From Kiritimatiellia bacterium (GTDB lineage: Bacteria; Verrucomicrobiota; Kiritimatiellia; RFP12; UBA3636): DNA of 62,520 nt. The stretch spans positions 1 to 62,520 of the forward strand of contig JAEDLN010000002.1 of assembly GCA_016295275.1 (NCBI GenBank), given 5' to 3'. The notes beneath the pieces were generated by a model. The model saw only the letters and a list, made by a program, of their open reading frames with translations, was not told the DNA's origin and made no database searches. Both the position numbers and the translations under genes were made by a program. Each line of letters starts with the position of its first letter. Positions within the stretch are counted from its first letter, which is position 1. Positions 48,240-61,100 of the stretch are shown here, one piece after another.

Positions 48240-49775
48240 ATGAACGCTCCCTTTTCAAAGAAAAAACGCGTATACGCTTGGATTGGTCTCGGCGTCTCCC
48301 TTCTTTTGATTGCGCTCCTCGTTTTCACCTTTCACGGACAAAAAGACGGTAACGTCGTTCAAGAGCTTTATCAGGTTGCCCGCCGCGGTCCGCTCGTAAT
48401 CTCCGTTAGTGAAAATGGAGAAATCAATCCGAGCGAACAAATTACGATAAAGAGCGAGGTGGAAGGGCGCGTCTCCCTTCTCTACATCATTCCTGAAGGC
48501 ACCATTGTCAAAGAAGGCGATCTGCTGATCGAGCTCGATGCTGCCGAAAAGCAGGATCAATTGGTAAATCAGCAAATTGAAGTTGAAAACGCAGAGGCCG
48601 GTTTTATCTTGAAAACAGAAGACCTCGAAATCGCGCGCAATCAAGCTGCTTCCGACATCGAATTGGCAGAGCAAGCCCTTGAATTTGCCGAGGAAGACTT
48701 GATTAAGTACACCGAAGGCGAATATCCGAATAAGCTCAGCGAAGCCAAGGGAAATCTTGCCCTTGCCGAACAGGAGCTTGAGCAGTCCAAGGAAAAGTAC
48801 GAATGGTCTAAGAAGCTCTATGAAGAGAGTTTTCTCTCCGAAAGCGAACTCAAAAGCGATGAATTGTCCTGGAAGCACAACAAACTGACGCTCGAAAACC
48901 GTCGCGGCGCGCTCACTTTGCTTGAAAACTATACGCATAAACGCGAACTGGCCCAACTGAATAGCGATGTTCGCCAGAAAAAAGCCGCTCTGGAAAGAAC
49001 TCGACGAAAAGCCCATTCCTCCATCATTCAAGCGGAAAGCGCCCTTCGCGCCAAGGAAAGCGAATTCAATCGACAAAAACAAAAACTCGATAAAATCAAA
49101 GATCAAATCGCAAAGACCAAAATCTATGCTCCCCGTTCCGGGCAAGTCATTTATTCCACCAGCACCGGTCGACGTTGGGATAAAACTGAACCGCTTGCGG
49201 AAGGGGCCGAAATCTGGCAGCGCCGCGATCTGATCTATCTCCCGACAGCCGACACGTTCAAAGCTACCGCCAATATTCACGAAAGCTATCTGAAAAGCAT
49301 GTCGACGGGGATGGTTGTCCATGTTCAATGCGATGCTCTTCCCGATCGGACCTACACCGGCGTTCTTACCAAAATCTCACCGATGGCCGATACCAGCCGT
49401 CGTTGGTTGAATCCCGATCTGAAGGAATATCCCATTGAAATCAGTCTGAATGGCGGCATTGGAGAGCTGAAGTCCGGCATGAGCTGCCGGATCGAAATTA
49501 TTCTGGCCCGATATGCAGACGCCGTTTCCGTTCCCGTCCAATCTGTCGTTCGAATCGACGGAAAAACGTATGTCTGGGTACGCGGCTCGGACGGAAAACC
49601 TTCTCGCCATGAGGTTGAAATCGGTCTTGACAACAATATCGAGGTTCATGTCATCGATGGACTCGTGGGCGGCGAGGAGGTCCTCTTGACCCCGCCTCTT
49701 TCCGACTCCGTCCGCCTAAAGGGATCTATCGAAAATTCCGATCGGGAGAATGAAAAAGCCCCAGAGGGAGTCTGA
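48240..49775 (+). CDS. periplasmic adaptor (membrane-fusion protein, MacA/HlyD family)
   Basis: Start set to ATG 48240 (MNAPFSKKKRVYAWIGLGVSLLLIALLVF is an N-terminal anchor). Lipoyl-like segment IVKEGDLLIELD, a long coiled-coil hairpin, and a beta-barrel C-terminus. Confidence 0.88.
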   Translation: MNAPFSKKKRVYAWIGLGVSLLLIALLVFTFHGQKDGNVVQELYQVARRGPLVISVSENGEINPSEQITIKSEVEGRVSLLYIIPEGTIVKEGDLLIELDAAEKQDQLVNQQIEVENAEAGFILKTEDLEIARNQAASDIELAEQALEFAEEDLIKYTEGEYPNKLSEAKGNLALAEQELEQSKEKYEWSKKLYEESFLSESELKSDELSWKHNKLTLENRRGALTLLENYTHKRELAQLNSDVRQKKAALERTRRKAHSSIIQAESALRAKESEFNRQKQKLDKIKDQIAKTKIYAPRSGQVIYSTSTGRRWDKTEPLAEGAEIWQRRDLIYLPTADTFKATANIHESYLKSMSTGMVVHVQCDALPDRTYTGVLTKISPMADTSRRWLNPDLKEYPIEISLNGGIGELKSGMSCRIEIILARYADAVSVPVQSVVRIDGKTYVWVRGSDGKPSRHEVEIGLDNNIEVHVIDGLVGGEEVLLTPPLSDSVRLKGSIENSDRENEKAPEGV

Positions 49776-49776
49776 A

Positions 49777-50469
49777 ATGGCTGATTCTTCCGTCCCCTAC
49801 GCGATCGAATTCGAAAACCTGACGAAGGTATACGATATGGGCGAGGAAAAGGTCCACGCCCTCAGGGGTGTTACGCTTAACATCCGAAAAGGTGAGTTCT
49901 GGGCTATCATGGGATCTTCCGGATCCGGAAAATCGACGCTTCTGCAGGTACTCGGATGCCTTGATCGGCCAACTTCCGGCATCTACAGGCTAAACGGTCA
50001 AAATGTCTCCCAGCTCGATGACAACCGCCTCTCCGATATCCGTCTGGCCCACATCGGCTTCGTCTTCCAGTCGTTCAACCTCATTCCGCAACTGACGGTG
50101 GAGGAAAACATTGCACTTCCCTTGTTCTATCAGGGAGTCAGCGAATCGCTCTGCCGGGAACGCGCAGCCCATTTCGCCAAAATCGTCGGTCTGGAAGAGC
50201 GGCTCTTCCATCGCCCATCCCAACTCTCCGGCGGACAACAGCAACGTGCCGCAATCGCTCGTGCACTCGTGACAGATCCCGTGGTCGTCCTCGCAGACGA
50301 GCCAACCGGAAATCTGGATACGGCGACCAGTATTGAAATCATGCAACTTTTCCGCAAAATGCATCAACGCGGAAAAACCATCGTTATGGTAACCCACGAA
50401 CCCGATATCGCCGCCTGGACGGAACATCGGATCGTCATGCGCGATGGTCTGATCCATGAAATGAGCTGA
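49777..50469 (+). CDS. ABC transporter ATP-binding protein (MacB/LolD/DevA type)
   Basis: Start ATG 49777, 1 nt after the adaptor stop. Walker [12 protein letters not shown], signature [15 protein letters not shown], Walker [13 protein letters not shown]. Confidence 0.92.
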   Translation: MADSSVPYAIEFENLTKVYDMGEEKVHALRGVTLNIRKGEFWAIMGSSGSGKSTLLQVLGCLDRPTSGIYRLNGQNVSQLDDNRLSDIRLAHIGFVFQSFNLIPQLTVEENIALPLFYQGVSESLCRERAAHFAKIVGLEERLFHRPSQLSGGQQQRAAIARALVTDPVVVLADEPTGNLDTATSIEIMQLFRKMHQRGKTIVMVTHEPDIAAWTEHRIVMRDGLIHEMS

Positions 50470-50471
50470 TC

Positions 50472-51746
50472 ATGAAAAGTGTCTTCCTGATACGCCTGTC
50501 CCGCGATTTGAAGCTAGGCGTAAAAAATCTCCTCCTACACAAGCTACGCTCTGTCCTAACCATGCTGGGACTCGTCTTTGGCGTCGGTTCGGTCATTGCC
50601 ATGCTCGCAATCGGAGAGGGTGCCAGCCAGGAAACCATCAACCAAATCCGAAAACTCGGTTCCCAAAATATCCTGTTGGAGGCCCAAAAGCCAACCGATG
50701 AAAACGCGAGTGGACGCAACTTGAATCTTAGCGTTTACGGACTTCTCTACCAGGATGTTCTTCGTCTTCAAACTTCCTTTCCAACCATCCAGAGAGTCAT
50801 TCCTGCAAAAGCCATTCAGAAACCGGGCCGCTATGCGAAACGAACGCTCGATTTGCGGATCATCGGGACGACTGAACAGTGGTTCGATGTTGTTCCGCGC
50901 GAACTGATTGCCGGCCGCCGTCTCAGCAAGGAGGATTTGGACAAGCATGCCAATGTTGCCGTTCTGACCGAATACGGAGCCCGTCGATTGCTCGGCAAAT
51001 CCTACGCAATCGGCGGTTCTATGACTGTCGATGGAAAGGCGTTCGAAATCATCGGTATCATCAAAAACGAAAATGCCGGCGAAGGTCAAAGTCAAACCCT
51101 CGACCGCCAAACCGATGCCTATATTCCCTTGTCGACCGTCCGAGAGCGCTTTGGAGATTTGACGTTCAATCATACAAACGGCTCCGTCACCCGAGAATTG
51201 GTCGAACTTCACGAGGTCGTTATTCGCGTGGATCGTGAAGAAAACGTCGAAGCAACCGCTCAAGCTGTAACCCGAATGCTGGAAACGTTCCACAAGCGGA
51301 AAGACTACCAAGTCAATGTCCCGCTGGCACTTCTTCGCCAAACGGAAGCTACAAAGCGGACTTTTTCCATCGTACTGGGTGCCATTGCCGGAATCTCTCT
51401 CCTTGTCGGTGGTATCGGAATCATGAATATCATGCTTGCGAGCGTCACTGAACGAACCCGTGAAATCGGAATCCGAAGGGCCATCGGTGCCAGACGGAGC
51501 CAAATTGTCATGCAATTTCTGATCGAGTCCCTCGTTCTTTCCTCGCTCGGCGGCCTTATCGGTATCGGGTTGGGACTTTTGATTCCATTTGCTGTCACCA
51601 CCTTCGCGTCCATGCCGACCATCGTGACCTGGAGCAGCCTTGTCCTTTCTCTCGGAATTTCGGTGGCTGTCGGCGTAATCTTCGGCATCTATCCGGCCAT
51701 CCGAGCCGCACGGCTCGACCCAATCGTCGCCCTTCGCCACGATTGA
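50472..51746 (+). CDS. ABC transporter permease (MacB periplasmic core domain + FtsX-like 4-TM)
   Basis: 424 aa. N-terminal TM helix, a large periplasmic domain, and a C-terminal FtsX region with REIGIRRAIGARRSQI. Confidence 0.9.
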   Translation: MKSVFLIRLSRDLKLGVKNLLLHKLRSVLTMLGLVFGVGSVIAMLAIGEGASQETINQIRKLGSQNILLEAQKPTDENASGRNLNLSVYGLLYQDVLRLQTSFPTIQRVIPAKAIQKPGRYAKRTLDLRIIGTTEQWFDVVPRELIAGRRLSKEDLDKHANVAVLTEYGARRLLGKSYAIGGSMTVDGKAFEIIGIIKNENAGEGQSQTLDRQTDAYIPLSTVRERFGDLTFNHTNGSVTRELVELHEVVIRVDREENVEATAQAVTRMLETFHKRKDYQVNVPLALLRQTEATKRTFSIVLGAIAGISLLVGGIGIMNIMLASVTERTREIGIRRAIGARRSQIVMQFLIESLVLSSLGGLIGIGLGLLIPFAVTTFASMPTIVTWSSLVLSLGISVAVGVIFGIYPAIRAARLDPIVALRHD

Positions 51747-51760
51747 CCCCTCTCTTATAT

Positions 51761-51811
51761 GATGGACATTTTTGTCGGGGATGGATCCCTTATTTTACAA
51801 AAATGTCCATC
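51761..51811. repeat. 15-bp perfect inverted repeat separated by 21 nt
   Basis: GATGGACATTTTTGT (51761-51775) and ACAAAAATGTCCATC (51797-51811). It lies 15 nt after the MacB-permease stop and 131 nt before the purF-like ATG. There is no T-run after the hairpin. Confidence 0.85.
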
Positions 51812-51942
51812 GATACGGACTAAAATCGATCGTTCTCCCGTCGAAATGTCTGTATTTCCAACGAGTTTCGGCATTCTCCGAAACTGGCATTTTTCTTGCT
51901 AGCCATTGGTATTGGTTTTTGTCATTACCTCCAATACCAGCT

Positions 51943-53712
51943 ATGTCAGACGATCTCAAGCACGAATGTGCGATTAGCTTTCTTCGATTGCGCCAACCTC
52001 TCTCGTATTATCGGCGAAAATATGGAAGCTCGTATTTCGGGTTTGAACGGTTGGAGCTTCTCCTTGAAAAGCAGCATAATCGCGGGCAAGATGGCGCAGG
52101 GATTGCTTGTGTCGGCTTGAATACCGAACCCGGAACGCCCTACTACCACATTGAAAAATCCTGCGCGCCACGGCTGCCGCTCGCCGATTTGCTGGAACAG
52201 GTGACTGCGAAAATCACAAAAAACGCATCCCCGGAGAAACAGGAAACATCACTTGCCAATCCGTTTTGCGGCGAGGTTTACCTCGGTCATTTGCGATATG
52301 GAACATTCGGGCGTCACTCGCTCGAGGCTTGCCAGCCGATGGTAAGCAACTCCATTCGCCGCGCCAATACGTTATTGTTGGCGGGAAATTTCAATATGAC
52401 CAACACGACGGCGCTGTTCAACGAGCTGGTTGAAGCCGGATACCATCCGACTTCCAAACAGGATTCCGATATTCTTCTCATTGATCTTCTCCATGCCGTG
52501 GAACAATATTCCGCTGTCGCTCACGATATCTCAAACATCGACATCCCCGGTATTCTGAAATCCGTCGTCCCGCGTTGGGACGGCGGATTTGCCATTTGCG
52601 GCGTCTTTGGCAGCGGCAACAGCTTCGTCTTGCGAGACGCACACGGCATTCGCCCCGCCTTCTACTATTTCGATGAAGAAATCGTCGTTGTCGCCTCGGA
52701 ACGTGCGGCAATCCAAACCGTTTTGAATCTTTCCTCCGCAGAAGTCTGCGAACTGCCGCCGGGAAATGCCTTGATCGTTTCCCGTGATGGCAATGTCCAT
52801 ATCGAACGGATTCTTCCCGAAGCGGAAATTCGCCGGTGCGTCTTCGAACGAATCTACTTCTCGCGTGGAAACGACACCGATATCCATCGGGAACGGAGAG
52901 CTCTCGGTTGCGCCCTCGTGCCGGACGTCCTCAAGGCCATCGACGACGATCTAGACCATACCGTCTTTTCCTATATCCCTAATACGGCCATCATCTCCTA
53001 CCACGGAATGCTCGAGCGCCTTATGGCTCTCTATCCCAACCAGAAGATACGCTTCGCACAAATCGCCATCAAAGACGCAAAATTCCGAACCTTTATCGCC
53101 GATTCCAGCACACGCCACGATCTTTTTCCGCATGTTTACGATGTGACGTACGGCGTCGTCCATGCCGCAGAAGACAATCTCGTCGTCTTGGACGATTCGA
53201 TCGTTCGCGGAAATACCATTCGCCGGGCAATCCTGCCGATTCTCGATCGCCTACAGCCGAAACGGATCGTAATTGCATCGGCATCGCCGCCAATCCTCTA
53301 TCCGGATTGCTATGGAATCGATATGGCATCATTCGATCAGCTCATTGCTTTTCGGGCACTGTTTTCACTCCTCGCAAAACGCAACCGGATGGACGCTCTC
53401 GAAAAGGCCACCAAGGAGGCAAAGGACGATTTGAAACGCCCCGATAAAGAAATGCAAAATCGCGTCCGTCAACTATACGATCTGTTCACATTCGATGAAC
53501 TCGTACAGGAAATCACCCTATTGCTTACGCCCCCGGATATACAAGCCGAAATCAAGGTCGTCTATCAAACCTGCCCCCATCTGCGAAAAGCCATACCCTG
53601 TCATACGGGCGATTGGTACTTTACGGGCGACTATCCGACACCTGGCGGAAACCGCGTCGTCAACCGGGCTCTGATCAACTATGTCGAACATATCACCGAC
53701 CGGGCCTACTAG
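51943..53712 (+). CDS. purF: amidophosphoribosyltransferase-like class-II (Ntn) glutamine amidotransferase, long form with short propeptide
   Basis: Start set to ATG 51943 (MSDDLKHE-CAISFLRL). NRGQDGAGIA is in the Ntn domain, and VVLDDSIVRGNTIRRAILPIL is the PRPP-binding loop. 589 aa, longer than classical PurF. Confidence 0.8.
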   Translation: MSDDLKHECAISFLRLRQPLSYYRRKYGSSYFGFERLELLLEKQHNRGQDGAGIACVGLNTEPGTPYYHIEKSCAPRLPLADLLEQVTAKITKNASPEKQETSLANPFCGEVYLGHLRYGTFGRHSLEACQPMVSNSIRRANTLLLAGNFNMTNTTALFNELVEAGYHPTSKQDSDILLIDLLHAVEQYSAVAHDISNIDIPGILKSVVPRWDGGFAICGVFGSGNSFVLRDAHGIRPAFYYFDEEIVVVASERAAIQTVLNLSSAEVCELPPGNALIVSRDGNVHIERILPEAEIRRCVFERIYFSRGNDTDIHRERRALGCALVPDVLKAIDDDLDHTVFSYIPNTAIISYHGMLERLMALYPNQKIRFAQIAIKDAKFRTFIADSSTRHDLFPHVYDVTYGVVHAAEDNLVVLDDSIVRGNTIRRAILPILDRLQPKRIVIASASPPILYPDCYGIDMASFDQLIAFRALFSLLAKRNRMDALEKATKEAKDDLKRPDKEMQNRVRQLYDLFTFDELVQEITLLLTPPDIQAEIKVVYQTCPHLRKAIPCHTGDWYFTGDYPTPGGNRVVNRALINYVEHITDRAY

Positions 53713-53815
53713 CCTCCCAAAACGGGTTTCGCTTTCACGAAATACAAAACTGGAAAAGCATTCCCTTTTCAAGTAGAATTCCTCCCCCGTTGCACCTACC
53801 CACTTCCAATACGTT

Positions 53816-56592
<2,777 letters not shown>

Positions 56593-56662
56593 TTCCAAAT
56601 GGCATCTTCCAATCGTCTTTCCGGAAAGATGATCGGTTGAAGCGTTCTCGCTCCATACGAAC

Positions 56663-56705
56663 AAACATACCCGATGCAGATCATGCACCGGGTATGTTTT
56701 TGTGT
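56663..56705 (+). terminator. rho-independent terminator after pyrG
   Basis: AAACATACCCG (56663-56673) and CGGGTATGTTT (56689-56699) form an 11-bp perfect stem with a 15-nt loop, followed by a T-rich run TTGTGTT. Confidence 0.65.
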
Positions 56706-56727
56706 TCGCACGGGAATGTGCGCGACT

Positions 56728-58116
56728 CTACTTCACATCGGCAGAGGCGCTTTGCGATTGCGATTCGGCCGCCGTCTGTTCGTGATCGGATTTGACGGTA
56801 AAGACCTGATTCGGTGCCGGTGGAATAAACCCATGACGCGACCCTTGTACCCATTTGATGGATTTGGGAGCCTTGATCGCATGGTAATAGGCCGCCAGCC
56901 CGGACGGGGGGCAGGTGTAATCGCCAAGTCCGGCACGAGTGATCTCAACCGGACATTTCGCACGCCGGATATGGTTGATGGAATCGAAATAATCAAGCCC
57001 GGGCGCATAGGGAATATACCAAGGTCCTTTGAGCCGCCGACGGGCACCGGATACCATGGCAAAGTCGCATCCCCACGTAATCGAGGGGCGGGCAAGCGTC
57101 ACATCATGATCGAGCCCTGCCGCCCAACTTGTCTGCAATCCGCCTTGGCTGCCGCCTTCGACAATCAAACTCTTGCCGTTCCATTCTTCCATCGATTTCA
57201 CATACTCCAAAGCCCGCAACACGCGAAAGGCCATATTCCGGAAATACGCCGTTTCCGGTTTGGCATTTTCTTCCGGCGAAAAGGCGTAGCTATATCCTTC
57301 CGGATGGCAAGTCTTTTCAAATTCCTTGTAGTAGGCGGGATCCCGACCGAGTTCGTAGCCATGCGCATTGATTTCAAGAAAGATCTCCCGGTTGTTCTTG
57401 CAAGTCCAACTGGCCCATTCGGGACAACCTTGCGGATAGAAGCCATAACCCTGAAACGCAACGCGCGCACCGCAGCTTTTCGGTGCTGCATCGGCGGGAA
57501 GAATCAAATAGCCGGTCACGGGACGCGGCCCCGCACACGTTACGCTCAACGCGTAAACCTTGCAACCGTTGACTTCTTTGACAAGCTTGCGCTCCGCCTT
57601 CATTTCAACGGCCGCTAAAATCTTCTTCTGCTTGTCCCACCATTCATCGAAATCCGCCGGCTCCGGATTTTCCTGTTCGATCCTCTCGGTTTCGACGCCC
57701 GCACCGCCATCAAAGACAACCTCCTTGACCGGGGACCAGTTCGGCGATCCCGGCGCGGGCTTGTCGCGTTTGACCGGCTTTCCCGTTGCCTTTTCCTTCA
57801 CATATCCTTCCACGCGAATGAATCCGGGAATGTCCATCTTGGTCGTAACCTGCGCAATCACACCAGGCTTGAAATCGCTTCGTCCGGTCTCGGTCAGACC
57901 ATCATCGCCGGTGCGCTTCCATTCAAAGTAATAGGCGCTGCAATCAAAGGCCGGATCGACCTCTTCCGCAGAGATCGTCAGAACAATCGGCTCGCCAATA
58001 CGGTAATCGACCGGATTCGGCTTGTCCGTGGTTCCTTTTAGCTGCACGGGATCCCATGCATTTCCCCACACCATCGCTGCTGTCATGGCGACAACACCGC
58101 AGAATGACCATTTCAT
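56728..58116 (-). CDS. secreted acetylxylan esterase / cephalosporin-C deacetylase-like serine esterase (CE7-like) with N-terminal Ig-like module
   Basis: Track ORF 56728..58386 is trimmed to ATG 58116 (MKWSFCGVVAMTAAMVWG signal), which removes the overlap with the upstream gene. Nucleophile elbow GGSQGG, later GLGDYTCPP (Asp) and GSRHGF (His). Confidence 0.8.
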   Translation of the reverse strand: MKWSFCGVVAMTAAMVWGNAWDPVQLKGTTDKPNPVDYRIGEPIVLTISAEEVDPAFDCSAYYFEWKRTGDDGLTETGRSDFKPGVIAQVTTKMDIPGFIRVEGYVKEKATGKPVKRDKPAPGSPNWSPVKEVVFDGGAGVETERIEQENPEPADFDEWWDKQKKILAAVEMKAERKLVKEVNGCKVYALSVTCAGPRPVTGYLILPADAAPKSCGARVAFQGYGFYPQGCPEWASWTCKNNREIFLEINAHGYELGRDPAYYKEFEKTCHPEGYSYAFSPEENAKPETAYFRNMAFRVLRALEYVKSMEEWNGKSLIVEGGSQGGLQTSWAAGLDHDVTLARPSITWGCDFAMVSGARRRLKGPWYIPYAPGLDYFDSINHIRRAKCPVEITRAGLGDYTCPPSGLAAYYHAIKAPKSIKWVQGSRHGFIPPAPNQVFTVKSDHEQTAAESQSQSASADVK

Positions 58117-58147
58117 AGTTTCGTACTCCTTAGTTTGGTAGAATGAA

Positions 58148-61100
58148 TCAACGCGCTTCGCGCAAAAAATCTCGCATTTGCCGCTCGGCCGACGACGGCG
58201 CCGTAGTATGGTCGCCGTCTTCAAGCAAAATTGCTTTGTCTTCCGATGGACAGACCGCATAGGCGGCATAGACAGAGGCAGCCGGACAAATCCAGTCGCT
58301 GCGCCCGGCAACAAAGCGAATGGGTTTGCGGATAAAACGGGCGAAATTGGCACCGTCGAAATACGGTGCCCAACGCCGGGCTTCAACGGCTACGGAAGGA
58401 TCCCGGTAGTTGTAGAAGTTTTTGGAAACGCAAATCTGCCGCCCGATGCTGTCGCCCTGCAAATCGCAAAAGGCCGGAACATTGACGGCAAAACGCGAAA
58501 TCGACTTGTTGAGCATCGCCAGATAAAGACCAAAGCCCCCGCCTTGGCTGATGCCATAGTAGCCAATGCGCTCGCGGTCAATCTCCGGACGCTCGGCAAT
58601 CCAGTCCACCGCGCGGTCAATTCCAAGAATGACGGGATAATAAAAGGCCGATTCCCGAGATTCGCTCATTCCGGCGGAATAATACGTGCCGTCATAGCCA
58701 TATTGCTCGGAAAAACCATTCAGCAAGCGCTTGTAATTCGCGCGTTGCCAATTGCCGTCGCCCCATGGTTCCCACGGAAAAACGGTCATGAACAAAACCG
58801 CACAGTCCGTTCGCGGCCCCGGCGTAAACGACCAACTGCCAAGTCCCGCCCCCGGAACCTGAACCGTGAGCGGCAATGGCCGCGAAGCCTCACGAGGAAG
58901 CACATACCAACCGTACACGCGCCGGTCGTTCACCGTGGCAAAGCTGACCCGATACCACTCGAACTTCTCGTTCGTGCGCTTCTCATCCGCTTCCATACGG
59001 GCATCAATCGGAACAGCCCGTGCCGCCTTTTGCGCAGACATCCAAAACGAATGGAAGTCATCGGGACATTCGCCGGCCGGTTTGATGTCTTCCGGATCGT
59101 ACGCTACGGCTTTCTGCCAGTCTCCTCCGAGACAGGGGCTGACCCCAGCCACCTTTACCGTCAGCCGCAAAAAGCCGGGATGATCCAGCATTCCGGAAAT
59201 GCGCCATTGTCCATTCGTCGAATACAACCCTTCGACCATTGCCAATCGATTGGTTCCAAAATCGTCGAGATGGATTTCCACCGGCCTTCCTTCGAGCTTT
59301 GCCGCAAGATCCGGAGACGATGGACGCATGCCGATGGTAAATTCGACCGCTTCGCCGGGTTTCCTAACGGCACGCCATCCCCCCTTGCTTGCAACGTCAC
59401 CTTTGATCGCCAGGCGAACAGCGGTTTCCATCCGCTGCGTTTCGTACTTCACCCGGGCATTGCGGCGTTGCCAGCCGTCACGGCGTACAACCGATTCGGA
59501 ATACGTCGGCAGCCACAATGCTTGCTGCTCCGTCAGAGCCTTGACGATTTCCTCAAACTGCGCCGGATCGTTGAGCGGCGCCCATCCCCCACCGGGGCGT
59601 ACGCCATGCATTAAAATGTAGCGGCACACCCCCTCTTTTATCGCTTTTTCGGCTGCGGCCGTCGCTTCCTTCGCGCCAAAACGCCCGCCCCAATTGTCCA
59701 TGCGGTAGCGAATTGCCGAAAAACCGTTTTCTTTGAGAATCTGTTCGCTGACCGGTCCGGACGCATTGTAGGGGTAACAAAAAACCTTCGCGTCAAATCC
59801 GGTGTTTTCGAGAATCATGCGATGCGCCCCGACAATCTGCGCGCGTACACAATCGACACCACCAGTTTCCGCAAGCCGATTCAGCTGCGGATGGGACAGT
59901 GAATGGTTTCCAAGCTCGTGTCCGCGCCGCACCAAGTCGCGAAGTTGCTCCCAAGTCATGTAGTTGGGCTTGCCGATCCGATCCGGAATGATGTTGAAAA
60001 TAGCCCGCAGACCATATCGCTCAAGTACCGGCGCAGCCACTTCGTACTGGTCGACCGTGCCGTCATCGAAGGTGAAGACGAGACCGCCAAGCTTTCCCTC
60101 GGGAAATTCAGTGTCGTATTCCTTTCCGAAGGGGACGCTAAAACGCGTTTCAGCCGCCTTGAACGATACAATGCGCGTAGGCCAAGCTTGCGCAAGCGGC
60201 TTCTGCCCCGCCCTACCGTCTAGACAATCGCCAAGCAACTCCCGTACCTGCCGCGCTCGATCCGCGCCAAGCAACGTGTCCAACTCGTCCTCCTTGACCG
60301 CCAATGCCATCGCAAACGCAAGATCGCCCGCGGCAGAAAGCCATGGCCCGTTCTCGCCACGTCCATCCAAAAAACGTTGCGCGGCAATCTTGGCAACCGT
60401 CCGCATAATCCGGTCGACTCGCACAGCACGCGAGGGATCGGCCCGGCGAATCAGTTCCAACGAGGCGTTCATTTGCAAAAACGAATAACCGGGCATGGTC
60501 GCCTTCAACTCATTCTCTGGAATGTCCGGAATCCGCTCCGACTCCTCCAACGCACGATCGATATAACGCTCGTACGCGTCGTAATAGCGCTCCTCCCCCG
60601 TCAACTGCGCGGCGGCAAGATAAATCATCGGCAACCGGGCCGCTTCATGGGGACGGACCTCCCACATTTTCAGAACGCCTTTTGGATCGATCTTTCCATC
60701 CGCCGTCAGTGCGTTGTATTCGTTCTCCGGTGTCACGTTTTTGAGCATCCGATCCGCTACGGCCGCTATCGCTTCGGCAATTTCTCGTTTCATTTCGGCA
60801 TCGCAACGTCCGCTCATCGCCCAATGGTAAAGACCATGGACGAAATGCGTAATTTGGTCGCGCGAGGAAAGCGTGCAGGCACTCTTTCCGTCTTCGAAAC
60901 AAAGTCCCCGCGCCACAAATCCCTTTACACCATGCGCTGTCGCCAAATTGAGCAAACCGCGCGCCATCTGCCGGGCAAACGGATCGTCGCCGCTGTCCAC
61001 GGCCCAAATGAGCGCAATCCCGTTCAGAATCGCCGAATCTTCCAAGCCGCGGCCATAGCCGAACTTCGGGGTCCATTCGTGCCAGCCGTTGGTAAAAGAC

